Positions 21,803 through 34,340 are shown, numbered from the stretch's first letter. The stretch: 59,480 nt of DNA from an uncultured Desulfobacterales bacterium (GCA_964591925.1 CAZQCK010000001.1:1-59480), one strand, 5' to 3'. The notes: generated by a model not told the origin, from the sequence alone. Translations and numbers: made by a program.

Positions 21803-21931
21803 AGACAGGCCAGCAAACACTCGACAATGCATAGAAAACATTAATGCACATCCTTAGGCCGATCGCTCAGACCGCCCCTCGACTTCGGCGAATCGCGGAG
21901 AGCGCGACCAATAACAGCAATGGAGGGAGAC

Positions 21932-23887
<1,956 letters not shown>

Positions 23888-23910
23888 TCCACTGGTGCAT
23901 TGGAGAATCC

Positions 23911-24951
23911 ATGCAGTCCGATTCCGTTGTTCTGTTTCCCCACGCCGCACTGTCTCCTTCGGAGCTGGGGAAAACTCTATCCCTGTTCGGTTCACTCAAG
24001 GTTTTCCTGCCGTGGCACATGGAACCGGCCGAAGCCCTGGCCGAGGATTTGCCTGCTGATGCCGTGCAAATCGCGCGCCCGCCGGCGGCATTGGATCCGG
24101 GGACGTCCTTTCGACAAGCCATAGCCGACTACCTGGACTGGATTCGACGCCACATGGACCGTAGCGGCCTCGACCGTTTGAAAGCCGGGGCAGGCACAGG
24201 GGAGGAGGAACCCATCTGGGAAATCCGCCGGAAGATCCGCAAGGGGGAGATGCCCCAGCCGGAAGCGGGCGGGGAAAAAGCCTTCCGCTGGCATATGGTG
24301 CTTCATCTCGCACGGGAAATCGAGGAGCAGCGAAACGAAGCGGATCGAATCCTGGACGTACTCAGGCGTGTGAGATCCCCCCTGGACGGGTTGACGGACG
24401 ATCCGGACGAGATGAGAAGCCTTTTCGAAGACCTTCCCGGTTTTGACTGGAGACCTGAATCCGGGCCCGACGATGTGATGCCGATCCTTCGGGCCTGGCT
24501 GGGCCTGTTTGAAGCCGCACTCGAGCCCGGCGACCTGTTGTTGACCCTGGACCGCCGCTTCGTGGATGTGCTCACGGGACTATGGGCTGAAGCGGCCCCT
24601 GCCCACATAACCGCACCTCCGGTGATCCGCTTTCCCTATCCGGACCTATCGAGCCATCCTTTGAATCGCATCCAGGAACTTCGAGAGGAGCATTTGAGCG
24701 GGGAAAAGGCCGGGGAGCTCCGAAAAATCCTCTTCGGACCGGCCAAGGCTTCCATGGTGGATTCGGAGCTTCTTTCCCGGCAGGCCGCCGAGCTGGCGGA
24801 TTTCCGCCCGAAAGGGCTGCGCGCAGGAGTGGTTAACCTCACCTCGGTTTACCTCCCGGCACTTCCTGAATTCGAGGAACAACCCAGCGACAATCATCCG
24901 CCTGCGGAGCTGCTGGGACGGCCGCTCATCTTTCTGGAGGATGCCCCATAG
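23911..24951 (+). CDS. Hypothetical protein (346 aa), no family recognised
   Basis: Long ORF with coding-like composition, 23 nt after the ligase gene. Acidic and Arg-rich, no TM segment or motif I can name. Confidence 0.7.
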   Translation: MQSDSVVLFPHAALSPSELGKTLSLFGSLKVFLPWHMEPAEALAEDLPADAVQIARPPAALDPGTSFRQAIADYLDWIRRHMDRSGLDRLKAGAGTGEEEPIWEIRRKIRKGEMPQPEAGGEKAFRWHMVLHLAREIEEQRNEADRILDVLRRVRSPLDGLTDDPDEMRSLFEDLPGFDWRPESGPDDVMPILRAWLGLFEAALEPGDLLLTLDRRFVDVLTGLWAEAAPAHITAPPVIRFPYPDLSSHPLNRIQELREEHLSGEKAGELRKILFGPAKASMVDSELLSRQAAELADFRPKGLRAGVVNLTSVYLPALPEFEEQPSDNHPPAELLGRPLIFLEDAP

Positions 24952-24952
24952 C

Positions 24953-25152
24953 GAGTTTCCATCCAGAAAGGGTCTTTTTTGCCAATCTCATCGTCGATCA
25001 GCGAGGTTCCTTGTGCGGCGTACGAGAGTACGCCTCCGCGTCACCTCTTGATCTCCTTGATCTTGACAAAAAATCCTCCTTTCTGAATTGGAAACTCAGC
25101 AGTGCTCAAAATTCGTTTCCGGATGGGAACTAGCTAGTTTCCATCCGGAAAG
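24953..25152. mobile_element. MITE-like repeat family B, copy 1 (145-bp unit 24953-25097 plus a 55-bp TIR-like tail)
   Basis: Terminal inverted repeats are gagtttccatccagaaagg and cctttctgaattggaaactc. The unit is about 80 percent identical to the reverse complement of 51816-51960. The tail contains the palindrome tttccggatgggaac-tagcta-gtttccatccggaaa. Confidence 0.75.
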
Positions 25153-25275
25153 GCGGATTATTCACAAAGGTCAAGGACCATTTCCCGGAACCGCGGAAGG
25201 GGACACACCGCAGGTTCGAAAAAAGCACATTCGCAGTCTATGACGCGGAGAGCGGGGAAGACGGGGTGTTCGAAA

Positions 25276-27321
25276 TCAAATCCTGATCTCCATCTCCCGC
25301 TCCTTCAACGCCTGAATCTCATCCCGAAGGCGCGCAGCCTTCTCGAACTCCAGCCCCTGCGCCGCGTCCATCATCTGATCGGTGAGGGCCTCGACCCTTG
25401 CACGAATGTCCTCCACCGTTCGATAGGCCGAGGAATCGTCTTCCGATACGGCGCTCACGGTGACGTAATCCGCCTCGTATACCGATCCCAAAACGTCCTC
25501 TATGTTCTTTTGAATGGTTTCAGGCGTGATGCCATGGGCCTGGTTGTACTCCATCTGAATACGGCGCCTCCTGTCACTCTCCTCCATCGCCCGCTGCATG
25601 GACCCTGTCACCCGGTCCGCATAAAAGACCACCTGACCGCCCACATTGCGGGCCGCACGACCGGCGGTCTGGACCAGTGAGCGTTCGGAGCGAAGAAACC
25701 CCTCCTTGTCCGCATCCAGAATCGCCACCAGCGACACCTCCGGCAGATCGAGCCCTTCCCGCAAAAGGTTGATCCCCACCAGCACATCGAACACCCCCAG
25801 CCTCAAATCGCGGAGGATCTCCATACGCTCGATGGTCTTGATGTCCGAGTGCAGGTAACGAACGCGGACCCCTAATTCATCATAGTATTCGGTAAGGTCT
25901 TCGGCCATGTTCTTGGTGAGGGTGGTTATGAGCACCCTTTCCCCCCGCCTCACGCGCTCTCGAATGCGCACGAGCAGGTCATCCACCTGGTTGGTTGCAG
26001 GGTGAACCATGATTTCAGGATCCATGAGCCCGGTGGGCCTTATGATCTGCTCGGCCAGGGCCTCGCCCCGCTCCAGCTCGTAGGGCCCGGGGGTTGCGGA
26101 GACATAGACGGCCTGGTTCACCCGTTCCTGGAACTCCTCGAACTTCAAGGGTCTATTGTCCAGCGCCGAGGGCAGCCTGAACCCGTATTCCACCAGGGTC
26201 TGCTTGCGGGACCGGTCCCCGTTGTACATTCCATTGAGCTGGGGCACGGTGATATGGCTCTCGTCGATCATTACAAGGAAGTCTCTGGGGAAGTAGTCCA
26301 GCAGTGTGGGGGGAGGCTCTCCGGGAGCCCGTCCGGTCAAGTGCCTCGAGTAGTTTTCGATGCCGTGACAGTATCCCATCTCGATCATCATTTCCAAATC
26401 GAAGCGGGTCCGCTCTTCGATCCTCTGGGCCTCCAGCAGCTTGTCCCGGGCTCGAAACTCCTCCACCCGCTCGGCCAGTTCGTCCCGAATCGCGCGAATG
26501 GCGCGCTCCCGAATGTCCACGGTGGTCACGTAGTGCGTGGCGGGGTACACGGTAACGCGGTTCAGCTCACGGCCCGGGCGCCCGGTCAGGGGATCGATTT
26601 CCCGAATGTCCTCGATCTCATCCCCGAAAAATCCGATGCGAACGGCCCTGTCCTCTTCGTGCACGGGGTAGATGTCCACTACATCGCCCCGGACCCGGAA
26701 CCTTCCCCGGACGAAATCGTAGTCTCCACGTTCGTAATGGATCTCCACCAGCCTTTCGAGAATGCTCTCCCGGCCCACCTCGGCCCCTCGCTCCAGATGA
26801 AGGAGCATGCCCTGGTAAGCCTCAGGCGACCCCAACCCGTAGATGCACGACACGCTCGCAACGATGATCACGTCTTCCCTCGCCAGGAGGGATCGCGTGG
26901 CCGAGTGGCGCATCTTGTCGATGTAGTCGTTGATGTGGGAGTCTTTTTGAATGTAGGTGTCGGACTGCGGAATGTACGCTTCGGGCTGGTAATAGTCGTA
27001 GTAGCTGACGAAGTACTCCACCGCGTTGTGGGGAAAGAAGGACTTGAGCTCGCCAAAGAGCTGGGCGGCCAGGGTCTTGTTGGGGGCGATGATCAAGGTG
27101 GGCTTGCGGACCCGTGAGATCACCCGGGCCATGGTGTAGGTCTTTCCCGATCCCGTCACACCCAGGAGGACCTGATGCCGAAGACCGGCTTCGACCCCCT
27201 CCGCCAGGGCATCAATGGCCTGGGGCTGATCGCCGCAGGGCTCGAAGCGGCTCACAAAATCGAACGGCGTCACGGAGGCCTCCCTTCGAGCGGTGTCCAG
27301 GGAGGAGTTACCGGATCTCAT
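25276..27321 (-). CDS. uvrB: Excinuclease ABC subunit B
   Basis: 681 aa: [20 protein letters not shown], helicase motifs and a C-terminal UVR domain. Confidence 0.93.
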   Translation of the reverse strand: MRSGNSSLDTARREASVTPFDFVSRFEPCGDQPQAIDALAEGVEAGLRHQVLLGVTGSGKTYTMARVISRVRKPTLIIAPNKTLAAQLFGELKSFFPHNAVEYFVSYYDYYQPEAYIPQSDTYIQKDSHINDYIDKMRHSATRSLLAREDVIIVASVSCIYGLGSPEAYQGMLLHLERGAEVGRESILERLVEIHYERGDYDFVRGRFRVRGDVVDIYPVHEEDRAVRIGFFGDEIEDIREIDPLTGRPGRELNRVTVYPATHYVTTVDIRERAIRAIRDELAERVEEFRARDKLLEAQRIEERTRFDLEMMIEMGYCHGIENYSRHLTGRAPGEPPPTLLDYFPRDFLVMIDESHITVPQLNGMYNGDRSRKQTLVEYGFRLPSALDNRPLKFEEFQERVNQAVYVSATPGPYELERGEALAEQIIRPTGLMDPEIMVHPATNQVDDLLVRIRERVRRGERVLITTLTKNMAEDLTEYYDELGVRVRYLHSDIKTIERMEILRDLRLGVFDVLVGINLLREGLDLPEVSLVAILDADKEGFLRSERSLVQTAGRAARNVGGQVVFYADRVTGSMQRAMEESDRRRRIQMEYNQAHGITPETIQKNIEDVLGSVYEADYVTVSAVSEDDSSAYRTVEDIRARVEALTDQMMDAAQGLEFEKAARLRDEIQALKEREMEIRI

Positions 27322-28768
27322 AACGCCAGGTCGTGCCTTCGGGGCCGTCCTCCGGAATCACCCCCCGGCTCTGCAGGTCGTCACGGATTTCATCGGCCAG
27401 CTTCCAGTCCTTGCGTTTCCGGGCCTCGGCACGCTCCGACAGCATCCGTTCGATCCATGCAGAGTCCACCCGCTCTTCAGCGTTACGGGTCATGACCTCG
27501 AGAAACTCGGCCGGTGAATGGGTAAGGAGGCCCAGCACGCTTGCGGCCTGAAGCAGGCGGTTTCGCTCTTCGGCCGGAGAACCGTTCTTCCCGCCGGCTC
27601 CCGAATCGATCGCATCCATGAGGCGGTTGAGCTCCTTGACCTTGTCGAAGATCAGGCCCACGGCGGCGGCTGTGTTAAGGTCGTCATCCATGAAAGAGAC
27701 GAACCGGGCCAGAAAAGGGTCCTCCACGTTTCCCGCGAAAACCCCTGTTTCTTCAGCGCTCTGAGGGGCTGCGGGACCGATCCGTTCCTCGAGCCGCTGG
27801 AGGGTCCGATAAATCCTCACCAGGCCGGCCTGGAGGTCCCTGACCGCGTCCCGGGCGAAATCCAGAGGGCTGCGGTAGTGCTTGGACAGGAGGAAGAGCC
27901 GCAGCACCTCAGGGTGATAGGCCTCCAGTGCGTCACGTATGGTCAAGAAGTTCCCCAGCGACTTGGACATCTTCTCCGATTCCACGGTGACGAATCCGTT
28001 GTGAACCCAGTACCGGGCGAAATCCGCTCCGTTGGCAGCCATGGACTGGGCCCGCTCGTTCTCGTGGTGGGGGAAGAGAAGGTCTTTTCCTCCACCGTGA
28101 ATGTCGAATGTCTGCCCCAGAAATCGGCTGCTCATGACCGAGCACTCCATATGCCATCCCGGCCTGCCGGGACCCCACGGGCTGTCCCAGCGGGGCTCAT
28201 CGGGCTTGGCCGATTTCCACAGGGCGAAGTCCATGGGATGGCGCTTCTTGGTGTCCACTGCGATGCGGCTGCCGGCCTTCATTTCCTCCAGCTTCCTTCC
28301 GGACAGCCCGCCGTAGTCCTGGAACGCCTCTACGGAAAAGAACACATCGCCGTCCACATCATAGGCAAACCCCTTTTCCATGAGGACCTCTATCATTCGA
28401 ATCATGTCCCCGACGTGCTCAGTGGCCTTGGGCTCAACGTCCGCCCTGTCGACCCCGAGCCGGCCCATGTCCTCATCGAACGCATCGATGAAATCCCGGG
28501 CAAGATCCGAGGGTGCCTTACCGAGCTGCCTGGCCCGGTCAATAATCTTGTCATCCACATCCGTGAAGTTCCGGACATAGGTGAGATCATATCCCCGGGC
28601 GCGCAGGTATCTGGCGAGCACATCGAACACGATGACCGACCGGGCGTGACCGATGTGGCAGTAGTCGTACACGGTGACCCCGCAGACGTACATACCCACA
28701 TGTCCTTCTCTCAGGGGGGAAAAGACCTCCTTTTTCCGGTGTGCGGTGTTGTAGAGCATGATGGACAT
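27308..28768 (-). CDS. cysS: Cysteine--tRNA ligase
   Basis: HIGHARS and KMSKSLGN class I motifs, 486 aa. Confidence 0.93.
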   Translation of the reverse strand: MSIMLYNTAHRKKEVFSPLREGHVGMYVCGVTVYDYCHIGHARSVIVFDVLARYLRARGYDLTYVRNFTDVDDKIIDRARQLGKAPSDLARDFIDAFDEDMGRLGVDRADVEPKATEHVGDMIRMIEVLMEKGFAYDVDGDVFFSVEAFQDYGGLSGRKLEEMKAGSRIAVDTKKRHPMDFALWKSAKPDEPRWDSPWGPGRPGWHMECSVMSSRFLGQTFDIHGGGKDLLFPHHENERAQSMAANGADFARYWVHNGFVTVESEKMSKSLGNFLTIRDALEAYHPEVLRLFLLSKHYRSPLDFARDAVRDLQAGLVRIYRTLQRLEERIGPAAPQSAEETGVFAGNVEDPFLARFVSFMDDDLNTAAAVGLIFDKVKELNRLMDAIDSGAGGKNGSPAEERNRLLQAASVLGLLTHSPAEFLEVMTRNAEERVDSAWIERMLSERAEARKRKDWKLADEIRDDLQSRGVIPEDGPEGTTWRYEIR

Positions 28769-28792
28769 GTTTATCTCCTTGGGCCCGTCCTT

Positions 28793-29272
28793 CTATCCTT
28801 CTTTGACCAGGCTCACCACGGCGTAAGCTTCCACGGCCTCGCCGCGGCCGCAGTAGCCCAGGCCTTCCGAGGTGGTCGCCTTGATGTTCACCCGTTCGGG
28901 CGGGACCTCGAGCACCTCGGCCAATCTATCCCGCATGAGCGCTATGTGGGGGGCCAGTCTGGGGTGCTGGGCCACGACGGTGGTATCCAGGTTGTTCACG
29001 CGGTAACCTTCCGCGCCCATGACCGCCACGACCGTCCGCAGCAATTCCAGGCTGTCCGCGTCCCGAAAAGAGGGGTCCGTGTCGGGAAAGTGGCGGCCGA
29101 TGTCGCCTTTTCCCATGGCCCCTAGAAGGGCGTCCATGACCGCATGGGTAAGCACGTCGGCATCGGAATGCCCCAGGAGGCCGAGCTCGTTCTCTATGGA
29201 AACCCCGCCCAAAACAAATGGACGTCCACGGACTAGCCGGTGGACGTCATTTCCAAAACCGATTCGGAACAA
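28793..29272 (-). CDS. ispF: 2-C-methyl-D-erythritol 2,4-cyclodiphosphate synthase
   Basis: [12 protein letters not shown]...[11 protein letters not shown], 159 aa. Confidence 0.92.
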   Translation of the reverse strand: MFRIGFGNDVHRLVRGRPFVLGGVSIENELGLLGHSDADVLTHAVMDALLGAMGKGDIGRHFPDTDPSFRDADSLELLRTVVAVMGAEGYRVNNLDTTVVAQHPRLAPHIALMRDRLAEVLEVPPERVNIKATTSEGLGYCGRGEAVEAYAVVSLVKEG

Positions 29273-29343
29273 CGGCCGGCCACCCTTTCAGGCCCCTGGC
29301 ACAGGCCATACAGTGGACACGCAGCCCTGGAAAGCGGCTGCCT

Positions 29344-29571
29344 TCAGTGACAAGTGCTGCAGTTGGTGCTGGAGCACCCGGAGCAGGAGGACCCAGCACC
29401 CCCCGTCGAAGGGGCCGAGTAGTCTCCGCTCGACTTGAAGCTGCAGGCGGACATGAGGCGATCCACCTCCTTCCCGCTGCAATCGGGACAGGTGACATCG
29501 TCACCGGTCCCGATGACCAGACATTCGAACTGGTTGTTGCACTTGTGGCATTTGTATTCGTATATGGGCAT
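29344..29571 (-). CDS. FmdB-family zinc-ribbon protein
   Basis: ATG 29571: MPIYEYKCHKCNNQFE...CPDCSG, with a Gly/Ser/Cys-rich tail. 75 aa. Confidence 0.8.
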   Translation of the reverse strand: MPIYEYKCHKCNNQFECLVIGTGDDVTCPDCSGKEVDRLMSACSFKSSGDYSAPSTGGAGSSCSGCSSTNCSTCH

Positions 29572-29608
29572 GGTTAATCCCCTCCCGATCGTTTCATACT
29601 CAAGTGAA

Positions 29609-30184
29609 TCACTTTGCCATGAACAGCATCTCGTCCACCAACTGGCAGATGATGTGGCCGGCAAAGATATGGGCTTCCTGAACACGAGCGGTGCTTTTGT
29701 CCTTTACCACCAGGCTGAGATCGGCCGTCTCCCGCAACGCACCGCCGTCCCCCCCGGTCAGGGCCACCGTGTACAGGCCCTGCCCCCGGCCCACCCTGAG
29801 GGCCTCGATGACATTGGAGGAACGCCCGCTGGTGCTGATACCGAGAAGGACGTCTCCTTCCTGGCCCAGGGCCTTTACCTGCTTGGAGAAAACCTCGTCA
29901 AAGGAATAATCGTTCCCGATACTCGTGAGAATCGACGTGTCCGTGGTCAAGGCAACCGCGGGCAAGGGAGGCCGCTCGAGCACGAAGCGATTCACGAATT
30001 CCGCGGCAATGTGCTGGGCATCCGCCGCGCTTCCCCCGTTCCCGCAAAGCAGGAGCTTGCGGTCGTTGGTGAGGGCCTCGGCAATCCGTTCAGCGGTTTG
30101 AACGAGGGCGGTGGCGTTATCATTGACAAAGTCTTCCTTGACCCGAATGCTCTCTTTCAGCGCCTCTCGAATCCGTTCTTCCAT
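29609..30184 (-). CDS. gmhA: D-sedoheptulose-7-phosphate isomerase (SIS domain)
   Basis: LLLCGNGGSAADAQHIAAEFVNRF. Start at ATG 30184, or 30229 if the upstream Met is used. Confidence 0.85.
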   Translation of the reverse strand: MEERIREALKESIRVKEDFVNDNATALVQTAERIAEALTNDRKLLLCGNGGSAADAQHIAAEFVNRFVLERPPLPAVALTTDTSILTSIGNDYSFDEVFSKQVKALGQEGDVLLGISTSGRSSNVIEALRVGRGQGLYTVALTGGDGGALRETADLSLVVKDKSTARVQEAHIFAGHIICQLVDEMLFMAK

Positions 30185-30269
30185 AGGCTTTCCACTGGAA
30201 TCAGGCCGGCCTGATTCCTGGCCCTCCAAGCTTGAACCTGAATTGATCGTTTTTACGGTTCGAGATTAA

Positions 30270-30298
30270 AACATAGGTACGAGCGGGGCTCGTGTCAA
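30270..30298 (-). promoter_or_regulatory. Candidate sigma-70 promoter upstream of gmhA
   Basis: Minus strand reads TTGACA-N17-TATGTT, between the selA stop and the gmhA start. Confidence 0.35.
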
Positions 30299-30317
30299 CA
30301 GAGCGGCCTCTCTTCGA

Positions 30318-31736
30318 TCATGTCCCATTCCACGGCTCGGAAGCGATTTCGCGCACGGCCCTCGCCAGAATGCCCAGTTCTCCGTCCTGAACCGTGCGAA
30401 CATCCAGCAGGACCTGTTCGTTTTCGATCCGGGCTATGATGGGTGGATCATTCGCCCTCAACCGGCCTTCGATCCCGTGGGCGGACATTCGGCCCGGCAC
30501 CAGGGCGAGAAGCCGGGTGGGCAGTTCCAAAAGCGGTAGCGTTCCACCCCCGGTCTTGGACGTTCCATCCGCCAGAGACACGGTGAAGTTGCCTGTGTCG
30601 ATTCTGCCGATTCGTCTTCGAAGGCCTGCAGCCCGTGATCTGAGGCTCTTGTAGGATTGAAATATCATGTTCAGTGTGGGAATGCATTGAACCGCAGCCT
30701 CTTCGTCACGGTACAGCCGAAGGGTCTCCTCCAGGGCGATCAGGGTCAACTTGTCGATCCGCATGGCCCGGTTCAAGGGGTTGGCCTTGACCTTTTCCAC
30801 AAGATCTTTCCTCCCCAGGATGATGCCCGCTTGAGGGCCGCCCAGAAGCTTGTCCCCGCTGAAGGTTACCAGGTCCACCCCGGCGGCGAGAACTTCCCGC
30901 ACTGTGGGCTCACTGGTGAGGCCGTATCGGGAAAAATCCACCAGGCACCCGCTTCCCAGGTCTTCCATGACCGGAATGCCGTGTCGCCGGCCCAGGGCCA
31001 CAAGATCTTGCGTATCAACGTCCTGAACAAAACCCACGAGCTGGAAATTGCTCCTGTGTACTCGAAGGAGGACCCCGGTCTCTGCATGGATCACCTCTTC
31101 GTAGTCGCGCAGATGGGTCTTGTTGGTAGTTCCCACCTCCACCATGAGAGCGCCGCTTTTCCTCATGACGTCCGGAATGCGAAACGCCCCCCCGATCTCC
31201 ACCAACTGCCCCCGGCTCACCACGGCCTCCCGGCCCCGGGCCAGGGTCTCCAGGCAAATGAGAACGGCGGCGGCGTTGTTGTTCACCACCATAGCCGCCT
31301 CGGCCTGCAGCAACTCCCTCAGGATTTCTTCGACGTGGGAGTAGCGACTGCCTCGCCTTCCCTGATCCAGCTGATACTCCAGGTTGCTGTATCCCCCTCC
31401 TATGGAACGTAGCCGCTCCAGAACGCGATCGGCCAGTATGGAACGCCCGAGATTCGTGTGCACGATCACCCCGGTGGCATTGATCACCGGGCGCAGGCTG
31501 GGTTGATCCAGTTCCAGGACCCGTTCAACCACCCGCGGAGAGATCCGGTCGAGTTCCAAAACGGCTGCATCCTCGATCGACCCTTCCGCGATCCCGCGAC
31601 GCAGCTCTTCCAAGACCTCCTGGACCGTCTTGAGCAAAAGGGACCGAGGATATCTCGAGGAAGCCTCCTCGAGGCGGGGGGATGCCATGAGGCGGTCTAC
31701 CGCCGGGATCTTCTGAAACAGGGTGTTCTTTTCCAT
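30318..31736 (-). CDS. selA: L-seryl-tRNA(Sec) selenium transferase
   Basis: 472 aa: IPAVDRLM N-terminus, PLP-lysine region FSGDKLLGGPQAG. Confidence 0.9.
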   Translation of the reverse strand: MEKNTLFQKIPAVDRLMASPRLEEASSRYPRSLLLKTVQEVLEELRRGIAEGSIEDAAVLELDRISPRVVERVLELDQPSLRPVINATGVIVHTNLGRSILADRVLERLRSIGGGYSNLEYQLDQGRRGSRYSHVEEILRELLQAEAAMVVNNNAAAVLICLETLARGREAVVSRGQLVEIGGAFRIPDVMRKSGALMVEVGTTNKTHLRDYEEVIHAETGVLLRVHRSNFQLVGFVQDVDTQDLVALGRRHGIPVMEDLGSGCLVDFSRYGLTSEPTVREVLAAGVDLVTFSGDKLLGGPQAGIILGRKDLVEKVKANPLNRAMRIDKLTLIALEETLRLYRDEEAAVQCIPTLNMIFQSYKSLRSRAAGLRRRIGRIDTGNFTVSLADGTSKTGGGTLPLLELPTRLLALVPGRMSAHGIEGRLRANDPPIIARIENEQVLLDVRTVQDGELGILARAVREIASEPWNGT

Positions 31737-31819
31737 GGGCGATGATGAAGGGATAACACTGACTCGAAACCACTATAGGGAAGATTTTACGGTCCGTCAA
31801 ATGCTCCATGGGAGTTCGA

Positions 31820-31905
31820 GTTCCGGGGACACCATACTTAATTCAAGAAACACCATTGCAAAAGCACGTTGCGTCTTTGTGAATTAAGTATGGTGTCCCC
31901 GGAAC
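31820..31905. repeat. 25-bp perfect inverted repeat with 36-nt spacer
   Basis: gttccggggacaccatacttaattc (31820-31844) is exactly the reverse complement of 31881-31905. Confidence 0.9.
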
Positions 31906-31989
31906 TGAAGGAACTCGGGCGACTTGGGAACTCCGCACTCGTTTTTCCTTGATTTTTACTTCAGAAATTCGTATCTTCGGTTTCTTTAT

Positions 31990-32066
31990 GGTGGGTGTAG
32001 CTCAGTTGGTAGAGCGCTGGGTTGTGGCCTCAGTGGTCGTGGGTTCGAGTCCCATCACTCACCCCA
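31990..32066 (+). tRNA. tRNA-His (anticodon GTG)
   Basis: Hand-folded cloverleaf: encoded G-1 pairing with C73, 7-bp acceptor stem GTGGGTG/CACTCAC, D arm GCTC/GAGC, anticodon loop TTGTGGC (GTG at 32024-32026), T arm GTGGG-TTCGAGT-CCCAT, encoded CCA. Confidence 0.93.
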
Positions 32067-32083
32067 TACAAAGGCAGGAAATC

Positions 32084-32108
32084 AGGGGGCTTAGCAGCCC
32101 CCTTTCCT
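32084..32108 (+). terminator. Hairpin terminator after tRNA-His
   Basis: 8-bp stem agggggct/agccccct with loop tagc, followed by tttcctgtt. Confidence 0.6.
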
Positions 32109-32263
32109 GTTGGTCCAACATCACCCCGCCTGCGGGCGCGTCCTGTTTCATACTCGACGGCCTAGCAAAAAGTCGAAATCCCGCGCCCCGGGATCCGCAC
32201 TCGAAACCGGAACAGGGACATTAGCAGCTGAAAATCCGGTACTCACGGGATGGCTCGAACGGA

Positions 32264-32944
32264 TTACCGAAGCTTGGACATCAATTCGTCAGACACCTCC
32301 TTTACCCCCGGACGCCCGTCCAGCTCGATGATCCTGGGCTGACCGCCGTTTTTCCCGGAGAGGTCCTTGAAATAGTTCACAGCGGCCATGGTGCCGGTAT
32401 CCGTGTCGTAATAGATGTTGTGCCGCTTGTCTATGGCCTCTTCGTCCTGATCGTCGGAGCGTGTCTTCAGCTCCCCGCCGCACACCCGGCACTTGTTGTC
32501 CTCGGGTTTGATGGCGTCGATGTTCACGTTGTTGGGATGGTTGTTGTCATTGACGCATAGGCGCCGGCCCATGATCCGACCCTTGGCCACCTCTCGAGGG
32601 AGGATCATCTCTATGACGATGTCCAGCTTCATGTTCTCGTTGTTCAAGGCCTTGTCCAGCTCCTGCGCCTGGATCAAGTTCCGGGGAAACCCGTCCAGAA
32701 GCCAGCCATCGGCACAGTCATCCTGTTTCAGGCGGTCAAGAATCATGGGGATGGTGATGCTGTCGGGTACCAACTCACCGCGGTCGATGTATTTCTTGGC
32801 TTCCAGGCCCATCTCCGTACCCTGGGAGATGTTCTCTCGAAAAATAACGCCTGTTTCAATATGCGGAATGTTGAATTTTTCCTTTACGATGGCACCCTGA
32901 GTGCCCTTGCCGCTGCCGTTCGGTCCAAAGAAAAGAATGTTCAT
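32264..32944 (-). CDS. adk: Adenylate kinase
   Basis: ATG 32944: MNILFFGPNGSGKGTQ, LLDGFPR, long LID region with Cys residues. 226 aa. Confidence 0.9.
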   Translation of the reverse strand: MNILFFGPNGSGKGTQGAIVKEKFNIPHIETGVIFRENISQGTEMGLEAKKYIDRGELVPDSITIPMILDRLKQDDCADGWLLDGFPRNLIQAQELDKALNNENMKLDIVIEMILPREVAKGRIMGRRLCVNDNNHPNNVNIDAIKPEDNKCRVCGGELKTRSDDQDEEAIDKRHNIYYDTDTGTMAAVNYFKDLSGKNGGQPRIIELDGRPGVKEVSDELMSKLR

Positions 32945-33116
32945 ATGCCTCTCCCTCTTCCTGTGTTTAGCGCTTGATTCGTGTGCCTCTGTTGACAAAA
33001 CATCCCCCATCAGCGGAACACCGCGGGCGGAGGATCCGTGCTGAAACCCTGAGTCTTATATGGGAAAACCGGTGGTCTGTCAAGCCGGGGGGCGGCTAGC
33101 GGCCGTGTACCCCCTC

Positions 33117-34340
33117 TCACCTCGAATCGGTGAACGCCCCCATGATCTCGCAGCCCGGGTCGAGGAGGAGCCCGCTCCTCAAGGCTTCCGCCTCGGAAAA
33201 TGAGCGGCTTCGACTGGATCGGGCCAGTTCGTTCTTTCGCGCCCAAGCGAAAGGGGCCGGTTCCGGTGTGTGTGTCCTTCGAATGATGGGTGTGAAATGG
33301 TCGCTGACCACCAGAACCCGGTAATCCCATCCCCCGGCCTCCAGCCCCTCCAGCATGGGACCTACGACCCGGCCGTCAAAGTACTCGATGGCCTGAACCT
33401 TCACCCCGGCGTGCCCGCTGTGGCCCGCCTCGTCCGGGGCCTCCACGTGCAAAAAGATCAAATCCTCCCGCTCCAGCCCCTCCAGTGCCTTTTCGACCTT
33501 GCCCTCATAGTTCGTGTCCAGGAGCCCCGTGGCACCCTCCACGGGAAGGGGATGAAATCCGGCGCAGATTCCGATGCCCTTGATCAGGTCTACGGCGGAG
33601 ATCACCCCTGCGCTCAATCCGTAAAGGGATTGGAAAGAAGGCATAAGCGGAACTTTGCCCTGGCCCCAGAGCCAAATGGAGCTCGCCGGACTTCGACCGG
33701 TCCTACGCCTGTTCTCGTTCACCGGGTGGGCTGCCAGAAGATCCCAGGAGCGCCGCATCAAGGCCACCACAGGATCTCGGTCGGCCATGTCCAGATACCA
33801 GGCCATGTCCCGCTCCAGCACATCGTGGGGGGCGACGGTCGGGGCGTCCTCAGGGCCGTTCTTCCAGATCAGGAGGTGGCGGTAGCCTACCCCCGCGCGC
33901 AAAGCGATCCCATCCCCCTCCAGTTCCCTGCGCAAGGCATCCACCAGCACCCCCCCCTCCTCGGAGGAGAGGTCTCCCGCGCTGTGGCTGGTGACCACGG
34001 CTCGATCCCCGGTGCCCCGCTCCAGGGTCACCAGATTCATGCGAAACGCCACTTCATCGGGCTCCAGCGTGATCCCCATGCCGGCTGCTTCCAGCGGAGA
34101 GCGCCCGGTGTGAAAACGGGTCGGATCGTATCCCATGAGGGAGAGATTGGCCACGTCGCTCCCCGGCTCCAGGCCCTGCGGGATGGTTCGAACCCGTCCG
34201 AGGCCGCAGGCTGCGATCCGGTCCATGTTGGGCGTCTCTGCCGCCTCCAGGGGGGTCTTGCCGGCGAGTTCCTCCACGGGGTAATCGGCCATGCCGTCCC
34301 CCACCAGGATCACGTACTTGTTTCGGTTTCTCTCCACCAT
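33117..34340 (-). CDS. Cofactor-independent phosphoglycerate mutase family protein (ApgM-like; proposed non-canonical homoserine kinase type)
   Basis: 407 aa metalloenzyme-superfamily protein (ILVGDGMADYP, HVEAPDEAGH, SDHFTP), directly downstream of hom. Confidence 0.8.
   Translation of the reverse strand: MVERNRNKYVILVGDGMADYPVEELAGKTPLEAAETPNMDRIAACGLGRVRTIPQGLEPGSDVANLSLMGYDPTRFHTGRSPLEAAGMGITLEPDEVAFRMNLVTLERGTGDRAVVTSHSAGDLSSEEGGVLVDALRRELEGDGIALRAGVGYRHLLIWKNGPEDAPTVAPHDVLERDMAWYLDMADRDPVVALMRRSWDLLAAHPVNENRRRTGRSPASSIWLWGQGKVPLMPSFQSLYGLSAGVISAVDLIKGIGICAGFHPLPVEGATGLLDTNYEGKVEKALEGLEREDLIFLHVEAPDEAGHSGHAGVKVQAIEYFDGRVVGPMLEGLEAGGWDYRVLVVSDHFTPIIRRTHTPEPAPFAWARKNELARSSRSRSFSEAEALRSGLLLDPGCEIMGAFTDSR

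Noticed and set aside
31949-32224. 91-aa plus-strand ORF
   Set aside because: It runs straight through tRNA-His (31990-32066) and its terminator, so it is not a protein gene.
30230-32263. Search for tRNA-Sec (selC) near selA
   Set aside because: The only cloverleaf I can fold in the flanking non-coding DNA is tRNA-His. No candidate has a UCA anticodon, a long variable arm or an 8-bp acceptor stem.
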